This document shows positions 53,413-64,000 of a DNA stretch of 64,000 bases, in pieces (position 1 is the stretch's first letter; each line of letters begins with the position of its first letter). This DNA comes from Callorhinchus milii (lineage: Eukaryota): the NCBI RefSeq assembly GCF_018977255.1, contig NW_024704743.1, positions 372,001-436,000 of the forward strand, in the 5' to 3' direction. The notes under the pieces were generated by a model. It did not search any database and was not told where the DNA came from. It was given only the letters and a program-made list of their open reading frames with translations. A program made the translations under genes and the position numbers.

Positions 53413-55031
53413 TTGTATGAAATGGAAGGATTATGATTATGATTATGCGGTTCTCAAAAAAAAGCACACACTCTGACAATGCGACCGATTAATAATAATA
53501 ATAGTAATCCTTCCGTTTGATATAGCGCCTTATGACGCCTTCGAGACGTCTCGAAGCTTCACAGAATACGCCTTGAAACGTAAAGGCAAACAGAGCCCTG
53601 CGTGTGGAGTAAGGAAACCTGCCTGAGGTTTCGCCCGGTCCGGGAATCGAACTCGGGTCCTCTCGCTTGCGAGGCCAGGGCTCTAACTGTTGAGATACGG
53701 GACCACAGCGACCCAGACCGTGAGCTTAAAGTCCCCACTGGACCGACTGACCCTCCGGTACAGTAAGTACAGAGAAAAGGGGAAATGGGACTGAGAGAGA
53801 GAGAGAGAGAGACAGAGAGAGCGATGGTCATGATGGTCTGAATGGCCTCCTTCTGCCTTGTAGATCTCCTATGGTTCTTGTTGGAGTGAACCATTGGAGT
53901 TAGCAGTACTGCCCCCCACTGTCTAACATTAGGTACTGCGCCGATACGTCCCCTAGTTCCCCTTATCTCCAAACTCCCTCATCAGGTGGGGGAAAGGTCA
54001 AGGTGGTGGTCACGAAGCTGGCGGGTGGTGGGGCGGAGGGGGGGGTCTGGGCGAGCGCGGGTGGGAGTAAGGTCAGAGAGAGAGAGAGAGAGAGAGACAG
54101 AGACTCCGGGGTGGACTGTGGAGTGCGGTGAGGAAGTCCTGTTGCATCCCGTTATTACGTCACCAAAGCATCAGCCGAGTGCTTGACCAGACGCTCCTGT
54201 GAAGGGCGGTGACTACGAGCTGCGAAGGTGAACGCAGCGGCCAACGTGCGAAGAGCGATGAGTCTCAAGTCCCGACGAGGGGCGGGGGGGGGGGGGGAGG
54301 GGGGGGGCTTGAACCCGCAAACTTCCAGCTCGGAGGCGAGAGCCTCTTTCTTTCTGCGGAGAGAGTTTTTTTTGTGTTCCGATAACACTGGAACGAAAGA
54401 AACCCTCACGTCCTCCCACTTGACTCTCCCCGTAACATCCCTTTGTGAGCGGTTCAGCTGCAAACCGTGCGCAAAAACGCACAGCCACTACACTAAATAC
54501 ACTGTGCGCTTTGTGGGCGAACTTTTTGAAGTGATGACTATCCCTGGAAGAGGTTTGCGGAGTAAGAGGAAACTTGCCCCAACCCTTTGCCTCACCAAGT
54601 TGACCGGACAACTTGCATTTGTACGGCCGCCCTTCCGCACCAAACGACCTCGTGGAGAGCTTTCAAGGCTTCTCTAAAGTTAGAGACAGGTTTCCTGACT
54701 CCTGACCTAACGTATCAACACTTAACGCCTCTCTCGGGGATTTTACAATCTAAATCCCTTCCGCAACAAACGCCACAGGACAGCAAAAGAAAATTGGGTT
54801 TTACATTCCATTATTAATAATAATAATAATAATAATCCTCGCCTTCGATACGACACTTTTATCACGACCTCGAGACGTCTGGAAGCGCTTCACAGAGCGC
54901 GCGGTGAAGTGTAGTGACTGCGCGTTTTAGCGGGGGAAAAAAATTGCCTCGTCTTTTGTGGGGGGGGGGGGGGGGGGAATCTTCAGACCTTCGCCGGTCT
55001 TGATTTGACGGAGAAAAGAAAGCTCACTCAC

Positions 55032-55067
55032 CATCAAAATGCAGATCAACGTCCAGTTTAACATCAT
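55032..55067 (-). CDS. CRHR2: Putative CRHR2 beta-type exon 1a (signal peptide start)
   Basis: GTCGGG-ATG ATG: MMLNWTLICILM|GTGAGT; phase 0, compatible with exon 51103-51025. Confidence 0.65.
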
Positions 55068-55083
55068 CCCGACAGCCTGTGTG

Positions 55084-55117
<34 letters not shown>

Positions 55118-55140
55118 AGTCTCTCTCCCTCTCAGTCTCT

Positions 55141-55177
<37 letters not shown>

Positions 55178-55400
55178 CCGCCCTCTCTCTTTCTCTCCGC
55201 TCGCTCCTTAACAACTTGATCACTCTATGCTTCTCGCCCGCTTGGTGTCCAGCTCAGGTCCAGCCGCACGGGATGAAATGTCAGACGGGAGGAAAGCATC
55301 TCGAACGCACTGCATAACAAAAGTTCCTCCACTCTTCCCACTCTTAATACTCTCCAGTGAGAAAGTCAGCGGGGAGACTGCGTGTGTGTGTGCATCTGGC

Positions 55401-55439
<39 letters not shown>

Positions 55440-56711
55440 GACGGAAAGAAAGAGAGAGAGAGGGAGGAGGGAGGGAGGGAGAAGGAGATCAGTAGTCCTC
55501 TGGGGTTTCGCTGCTGGAGCTGAATAATCGCGCAACTCACACGTGTAGCTCAGCGGTTATTCCCTTCAGACGAGAGGACCCGGGGTTCGATTCCCGGGCA
55601 GGACAGGGAGAAACTTTGGGCACGTTTCCTCACTCCACACACACACACACACACAGACACACACACACAGACACGCGCACACACACAGACACGCACACAC
55701 ACGCACACACACACACAGACACGCACACACACACAGACACGCACACACACGCACACACACACGCGCCTCTGTTTACCGGCACAGTCAGTAGGAACCCGTT
55801 TGTTAGTCGATTGGCGGATGGCTTTTCCGGGGGGTAATAATCCCATCAAATAAATAAATGAATAAATAAATGAATAAACGGGGTCGCCCAACCCACGGCC
55901 GTTTGCGGGGGCGCTGCCGTGCGCAATTGGCTGCCGCGTTTGGCCCACAAAATACACGTGACAGCGGAGTCGGTTGGCAATTTATCAGGACGATCGAACG
56001 GGGTGTGGATTTAGCTCTAAGATCCACTATTCTGCGTGAGAGGACTCCCCCCCCCGATCAGACTGCTGACTGATATCTATCTGTGTCTGTTTCCGCGTCA
56101 CGGTCCTAATGAATTCAAGGTTAGATTTCTGGCAGAAGAGTTGCCAACATCTTTAAAAGGTTTTCCCGTATTCCGGACAATTTGGGGGAGCGATTTATTA
56201 GAGGAAGCGCTTCAAACCTTACGACGCCTTCTTTCAGATCGATAACATCTGAGAACATTCGACGTGAGATGTAATAATAATAATAATAATAATAATAATC
56301 CTCGCATTTGATATAGCGCCTTTTCATATTGTTGATACATCTCAAAACACAATACACTGTAAAGTGAATCGACTGTATATTTTGGAGGTGAAACCCGGCA
56401 GCCAATTGCGCACAGCAGTGTCCCACAAACATAGATAGCGCCTTATCGCGTCTTCCAGACGTCTCAAAGCGCTTCGCAGGAATATACTCTGTGTCGTCAC
56501 TCACGAGGGGTTAAGTAAACACCAGCACATATCACTCGCATTCACCCACGGGTCTGGAGGATTGTTGGCCAGGACGCAGCGGTTCACGAGATATTTAATC
56601 GTCAACGAGAACAGAGAATAACTAAACGGGGCTTTGGTTTAACATCTCAGCCAAAGGGCAGCACCTCCGACAGTGCGGTTCGCTAATTACATTGGAACCC
56701 ACAGAGACACA

Positions 56712-57040
56712 GAGAGACTATTTCCTCTGATGGAGGAATCCAGAACAAAGGGGCGTCATCTTAAAATGAGAGACAGACCGTTTTAGCAGTGAAATCAGGG
56801 CCAGTTTTTCACCCAAAGGCCAGTGGGAATCTGGACCTCTCTCCCCCAAAAGGCGGTGGATCCATTCACATTGTCAAGGCTGAGGTGGATTAGATGGTTG
56901 TTCGGTCGGGGGGTCAAGGGATATGGGGCACAGGCGGGTAATTGGTCTTGAGGTACAGATCAGCCGTGATCTTATAGAATGGCAGAACAGGCTCGAAGGG
57001 CTGAATGGCCTCCTCCTGCTCCTATATTCCAATGTTCCTC
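56712..57040 (+). mobile_element. CR1-type LINE 3' fragment
   Basis: Same family as 8156-8502. Confidence 0.8.
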
Positions 57041-57953
57041 AAAATCCTGACCTGGAGCTTGAACCTCCTGACACCTACCGGATCACATCGAATTACCTAC
57101 GGCACACAAAATATCCATCCCCCTGCCCCCGCCCCGCCCCGCCCCCGCCCCCGCCCCCCGCCCCCCGCCCCCCGCCCCCGCCCCCTGCCCCCTGCCCCCT
57201 GCCCCCTACTCCCACCCCCTTAACCGTACACTGCATAAACTTGATTTTAAAAAAAAATCGCGTTTACTATTTACGGTTACAATTGATTTAGTAGTAGTTA
57301 AATTGCTTCCGATCGACGGTTAACATTTACAATTGGTTGCATTTGTTTGTGCACTGAACATATCTTTCTAATGTGACCACAGAATACAAATGTAAATGGA
57401 ACGCTGTAGACTAGAATATCCAATATGACCCTCACACAGTTCCAGATACTCCCTTGGTTTCTCGTCATCGTCTGTTATTAACAGTGATAACCTCTATATA
57501 GACTGATATTAACAGTGGCACCTCAGTATGGTCCGATATCAGTCTGATGTAAATCTTTCAGCTTCTTGGGACGTCCTCCCGACGTGAAAGGCGCTCTATA
57601 AATGTAATTGTGTTGTTGTTGTTCTGCTTAATATAATGCGCATCTGCTTATTACAATGACACAACAATAACACAATGATAAATATAATGATAATATGATA
57701 ATGCATTTGACGTGGCAGCTCATCACGCCGTCGAGACGTTTCAAAGCGCTTCGCACAATACACCGTGGAGCGCAGTGACTGCATATTTTGTGGGCGAAAC
57801 GCGGGCCCAATTGCGCACGGCAGCGTCCCCCCGCAAACGGTCATGTATTTTGCCCACAACGTTGACAGTCAATTCACTTTACAGCATATCCTGTGAAGGG
57901 CTTTGAGACGTCGCGAAGATGTGATAAGGGGTGGTATCAAATGCAACAATTAC

Positions 57954-57988
<35 letters not shown>

Positions 57989-58827
57989 ACTGAGATCATC
58001 ACTGTGCAAGACCGAGCTGGGCTCCAAGTTGAGAGGCAATCATTTCACCCAACAGTTCGACACACTCTCACGGTCCCTAATGGCTTTGAACCGTTCTTCA
58101 AAGCTCCGAAACGCAGCCTGGAGCATTTGTGGAGATTATAAGAATTAAAACCTCAAAGAAAGTTTCCTGTCACTGTTCACAATGTTCTGCTGTGAAGATA
58201 ATAACAATAATAATAATAATAATACTCTTTGCGTTTGTCACAGCGCCTTATCACGTCTTCGAGACGTCTCAAAGCCCTTCACAGGACACGGCTGTGAAAT
58301 GGATTGACTGCGTATTTTGTGGGCAAAACGCGGCAGACAATTGCTCACAGCAAACAGTCGTCGATTGAGTGACCACATTATTTTTTTGGGGGGTGGGGGG
58401 GGGGGGGGGCGGGAGGGATAATTGTCCCCTCCACCCCAACCCCGGAAAACGATGCACCAATCAACGAACCACCGGGTTTCTGGCTAAACAGAGACGTCTC
58501 AAAGCGCTTCACAGAATACGCTGTCAAGCGAATCGACTGCGTATCTTGTGGGCGAAACGCGGCAGCCGATTGCGCACAGCGGCGTCCCCCACACAAACAG
58601 CCGCGGAGCGAGTGGCAGTGTGTTTCTTGCTGATAAAACGCCAGCAATTATCCTTTTTTTTTGTCTCTCTCTCTCTTCTCTCTCTCTCTCTCTGTATGAT
58701 TCCCTCGGTCCAAATCTTGGCTGTCACCGAAGCTGTGACTAATACTTTCCAGAAAGAATAACCTTCGGGACGAGAGGGCGAGAGAGAGAGAGAGAGAGTG
58801 AGAGTGTGAGAGAGAGAGAGAGAGAGA

Positions 58828-58861
<34 letters not shown>

Positions 58862-59419
58862 GAGTGGTACATTACTGACATTGGCTAATTTCCACCACGA
58901 TTTGGTTTGGAGATCAAAGTGAGGAGTTAACGCTGAACGCATATAAAACCTCGGTTACATAAGGAAGAATTCTCTATGGTCAAGTGGCAATACTTTTTCT
59001 CTGACCAGACGGGTGTCCGACACACACCGAAACCCGTCGCCGTCGCTTAAGAGTCTCCAAACCCAACTGAGAATTCCCCGCCTCCCAATTACACGTGGAA
59101 ACCCCAGAGATAAGATGGTTGGAAGGGAATGCGCTCCCTCCCTCTCTCTCTCTCTCTCTCTCCCTGGAGGGATGCCCCCCACCCCCCTGCTTACCTAATT
59201 CCGGAGAGTAATAGGCGGAGAGCCTAATACTTGTGGTGGGGAGGGGGGAGCCCAGAGTGTGCGTTGGGGTAACTACTGGAGTCTTAACCACATCACCAAC
59301 CTGGCTTTCCCTCCCCCACGGGGGGGAAAGTCAACTGCTCGGAGTCAGTCTCCACCACCGTTAAGCGCTCTGAGACGCTACTCTGAGTGGAGGGTCCTCA
59401 ATAAGTGCACGTTGTCGTC

Positions 59420-59780
59420 GTGAATGCTTCAAGGTACGGGGATCGGGAGTCGAACCTGATGCCTAGGTTGCGCACAGGTTCAGTAAAGTCTGAGGGAAAG
59501 GCCGGGGAGGTTGAGGAGGTCAGGGCCGCAGGAGAGAAGACGTCGGCGGGAGTCGAGCTGTATGGCTTCCGCCTCGTTGACATTGAAGCTGGCGCTCCTC
59601 TGGGGCCCCGATGGCCGCGAGGCACGCCGAGAGAACATCGGACGGCCTCAGAGTCGCGGCCGGAGGAGAAGTGGATTTGCGGTGTCACCCTCGTACGGGT
59701 AGAAGTTTCCCCCCGTGATCCCATCGCCAAGTGGGAGCGTGTGGATGAGGAAGCGGGGAGCCGAGTGGTACCCAATCGGC
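59420..59780 (-). mobile_element. Degenerate L2-type LINE fragment
   Basis: Minus translation includes TEPVRNLGIRFD (compare [11 protein letters not shown]). Confidence 0.6.
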
Positions 59781-60233
59781 CGACGCTTTCGCCTACAGAT
59801 CTACAGTCACTACACTCTGTAGCGATTGATTGCCTGGGTGGGTGGCGGGAGGGGGAGGTGTGGGGTGGGGGGGGGGGATGTGAAGCCATGCGTCCGATGC
59901 AAGGAATGTTATTATTATTATATTGTTATTAGATTCCCTAAGTTCTGCTGCTGTTGTTGGGATATTAACCCCGAGGGCATCAATTTAAGGGACAATAAAA
60001 TAATACAATTTACACGATCTGAAAGGGGGACTCGACACGGCTCTCAGCTCCAGCTCAGACTCCCACATCTTCTCCCCGGCTGCAAAGTGCTTCGCAGCCC
60101 TGTCAAGCGTAGTGACTGTGTATTTGGTGGGCCGATACGGGGCAGCCGTTTTTTGCACGCAGCGACGTCCCACAAGACGCGGAGGGAGCGACCGATTTTA
60201 TTTGGGGGATTGTCGGCCAGGACACCGGGAGAG

Positions 60234-60276
<43 letters not shown>

Positions 60277-60324
60277 GGGGAGAGAGAGAGAGAGAGAGGG
60301 AGAGAGAGAGAGAGAGAGGGGGGG

Positions 60325-60355
<31 letters not shown>

Positions 60356-60485
60356 GAGAGAGAGGGAGAGAGAGAGAGCGCACTAATCGCTGCCACACAG
60401 AATTTGTAACTGGGTTTTTCTTTCTTTCAATGGAACATTTATTATTATTATTATTTGACACAATCCCTCGATCCGCAAAATCCTG

Positions 60486-61130
60486 AGGCTCAGTGGTTAG
60501 AGCTCTCGCCTCGCAAGAGAGAAGACCCGGGTTCGATTCCCGGGCAGGTCAGGGCGAAACCTTAGGCAATTTTCCTTCCTCCGCACGCGTCTGCGTACCC
60601 AGCAGTAATAATAATCCTTTGCATTTGATATAGCGCTTTTCACGTCGGGAGGACGTCCCAAAGCGCTTCACAGAACACTGTAAAGTGAATTGACTGTATA
60701 TTTGAGGGCGAACGCGGCAGCCAATTGCGCACAGCAATGTCCCACAAACAGTCGTAGATTGAAAATGACCAATTTATTATTGTTTTTGGTTTTGGAGGGA
60801 TTATTATTAGGCTCTGTGTGGAGTAAGGAAACTTGCCCAAGGTTTCGCCCTCTGCCTGGAATTGAACTCAAGTCTCTCGCTTGCAAAGCGAGTGCTCTAA
60901 CCACTGAGCTACAGGACTCCACGAAGTAGGAACCCGGTTGTTAGTCGACTGGCGGGAGTAATAATCCCTAACAAAAAAAAAATCGCTCAACCCGCGGCTG
61001 TTTGCGGGCACTCTGCTGCCGCGTTTCGCCCGCAAAGCACACGGTCCATTCGATTTTTAAGTATATCCCGTGAAGCGCTTTGAGACGTCGCTCGAAGACC
61101 TGATCAGGGTCAAATGTGAGGATTATTATT
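60486..61130 (+). mobile_element. SINE interrupted by a second, antisense SINE (inner 60608-60920, minus)
   Basis: The outer element breaks at ..ACCCAGCAGTA and resumes at AAGTAGGAACCCGG (60924). Confidence 0.8.
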
Positions 61131-61461
61131 GTTTTTAGAACGATAGACAGCTTCTCGTCATAAACAGGCGAGCGCATCAGACAATGTCGGGCAAAGGTAA
61201 CCGGCGTGTAAATCGTTAAAAATACCAGACATTTAACTGGAATCCTGAAGTTTACACAGATGGGAAACTCAGACTCCATCTGTGCTACACAGTCAGTCAG
61301 GCACTGAGTATTCTGCATTTAATGGTACAGGGCTGAGCGAGAGGGAGAGGGAGAGAGAACACAGAGAGAGAGAGGGGTGGCGGGGAGCGAACAGGGGGAG
61401 AGATAGTGAGCAAACAGAGAGATAGACAGATGGACAGAGAGTGAGAAAGAGACAAAGCGAG

Positions 61462-61499
<38 letters not shown>

Positions 61500-61600
61500 G
61501 AGAGCAAATATATAGATAGACAGACAGACACACAGACAGACAGACACACAGACAGAAATTGAGATAGACAAATAGAGAGAGCAAAAGAGAGACAGGGAGC

Positions 61601-61637
<37 letters not shown>

Positions 61638-61778
61638 ACGAGAGAGGAAGGATGGAGAGAGAGAGAGAGGAAGGATGGAGAGAGAGAGAGAGAGAGAGAG
61701 AGGAAGGATGGGGAGAGAGAGAGGAAGGATGGAGAGAGAGAGAGAGAGAGAGAGGAAGGATGGAGAGAGAGAGAGAAG

Positions 61779-61818
<40 letters not shown>

Positions 61819-61924
61819 GGGTGGGGAGAGAAAGAGACAGTTTGGCTCAGTTGGTGGCACTCAGGGACATAATTAAAGCTATGACTTAAAAGTCCCGCAG
61901 CACTATTGGAAAAGAGAAGGGAGT

Positions 61925-61960
<36 letters not shown>

Positions 61961-64000
61961 CCTCTTGGCCAACAATCCCCCAAATAGCTGTTTGTGGGAC
62001 GTAATTGGCCGCCGGGTTTCGCCCACAACATACACAGTCACTACACTTTACAATATGTTCTCTGAAGCGCTTTGAGACGTCTCGATGACGGGATAAGGCT
62101 CTGCATCAAATGCCGGGATTATTTAGGATGATGCTAAGTTTGACTCAGCCCCTGCACGTCGCTGTGTACGAATTCACAGTCACTTCACTAACGCCTTGCA
62201 GCAGTTCTCCGTGATGTAAGACGTGACGTTTTAACTCTTTGATGGGAGCGGAGTGTGGGGCGGGGGGGGGGGCGGGGAAGGGAGGGAGGGAGGGGGTTTA
62301 TGAAAATGCGAGGATTATTATACATTATTATACTTCAAATTATTTATTATAATCGTTTAACTGGAAGGTTAACAGGAAAGATTCGGTTAATGAAGAGAGA
62401 CGGTTCGCTGCTCATGTACATGAACCTAATTTCCTGCTGCTCTCTTCCAGGTTGACCTCCTGTGCGTGTAAGAATGTGTAACAGAGAGTACGCGAGAGCG
62501 GGCGTGTGTGTTTGCGCGTGTGTGTGTGTGTGTGAGAGAGAGAATACGTGTGTGTGAGAGAGAATGCGCGTGTGTGTGTGTGTGTGTGAGAGAGAATGCG
62601 TGTGTGGGTGTGGGTGGTTGTGTGGGTGTGTGTGAGAGAGAGAGAATGCGTTTGGGTGTGTGTGTGTGAGAGAGGTTGGATAGTGGCAATCGGCTGCCCG
62701 CGTTTCGCCCGCAAAATATACAGTCACTACACCTTACTGCGTATCCTGCGAAGCCCTTTTGAGACGTCTCGAAGGCGCGATGAGGCGCCGGGTCAAATGC
62801 CAGGATTATTATTATTATCTCCGAGGACACCCCACTATCCCCCCCCCACCCACCAACTCCCCCAACTCCCCCACCCCCCAACTCCCTACCCCCCAAATTC
62901 CCCCCCCCCCAACTGCCGCGTTTCGCCGGCGAAAGGCGCGGTCCGTTCACTTTACAGCACATTCGGCGAAGCGCTTTGAGACGGCTCGAAGACGTGACCG
63001 GGCGCCGGATCGAACGTGAGGACTATTATCATTACAACTCCTGTCGGGAGCTGATCAGGAGGTAAGATGCTCTGAGCTGCTTATATTTTTTTTAATCCAG
63101 ACCCATTCAATCGGAGCAACGTGATGATCCTTGCGTTTCATTAAAGCGCTTTACCACCTGCAAAAATGACACACAGTCACTACAGTCAAATCCTTATAGA
63201 GCACTTGGAGACTTCCGGCTGAATGTGAAAGACAGACACCACGTCAAACCCGAGGTTTATCATTTATAATTCTATGTTACAAGTTGCCCTCGTCACCCCT
63301 GAACTTGCTCTCCGGCTCACTTGGCTTCCTGGAGAAGGTCCCCTTCTCTCAAGGTATCTCGGAGTCCTGTCGGGGTGGAGGTAACACGATAATAATCCTT
63401 GCATTCGATACAGCGTCTCATCGCGCCTTCGAGACGTCTCACGGGATACACTGCAAAGCGAGTTGACTGTATGTTTCCGTGGGGTTAGATCGCCGGGGCT
63501 CAAGTTCCCGGGCGGAGCGAAACCTCAGCAACCTTCGTCAGCGGGAACCCTTCCAAGTCGACCGGCGGATCGCTTTCCGGGGCTAACAACGTCCCGCAAA
63601 CAGCCAGGAAATCACAAGCTCTTTTGGAAGACGAAAATATCCAATCCTACGCCCTGTCGCGGCTCGACTCAAACCCACAAAGTTGCGGGTGGATTAAAAA
63701 CCCCACGTTCCGTGCGCAATTGGGGAATCCCGCCATTGGCCCACACAGCGCACAGTCACTGAACCCCACAGTATATTCTGTGAAGCACTTGGAGACGTCT
63801 TCAGCTCACAGCCCGGGGCGGAGGGGGTGTGTGTGTGTGTACGTGTGTGTACGTACGTGTGTGTGTCCGTGCGCGCGCAATAGATAGGGAACCACGGAAA
63901 TTCTGAGATCAGCTTCTCAAATAACACCACGTACACTGTAAACAAAACGAAACGGATTTTACAGAAATGTGGAATCAATGTTCGCTGAACTTTTCCTTTG

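Noticed and set aside
57500..57545. AGACTGATAT/ATATCAGTCT hairpin as a pre-miRNA
   Set aside because: Only a 10-11 bp stem with a large loop, too short for a miRNA precursor.

Overview
Eukaryotic vertebrate genomic DNA, most likely a cartilaginous fish (inferred from the repeat families and protein similarity). It is very rich in microsatellites, SINEs and LINEs and has two 25-N assembly gaps. Three protein-coding genes are supported. (1) The first coding (death-domain) exon of MyD88 on the minus strand; the gene runs off the left edge. (2) A complete 16-coding-exon MEKK2/MEKK3-family MAP3K (614 aa, PB1 plus kinase) on the plus strand, head-to-head with MyD88. Its kinase signature fits a third MEKK3-like paralog rather than MAP3K2 or MAP3K3 proper. 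(3) The 5' part of CRHR2 on the minus strand: the alpha-type first exon and three shared exons, plus two further upstream exons that splice in frame to give a signal-peptide-bearing, CRHR2-beta/CRHR1-like N-terminus. The CRHR2 exons after TM1 are not visible and probably lie in the gap at 28487-28511. Mobile DNA includes a 5'-truncated L2-type LINE with an unbroken RT frame, many tRNA-Ala-headed SINEs sharing its 3' tail, DeuSINE-like copies, CR1 3' fragments and a probable solo LTR.
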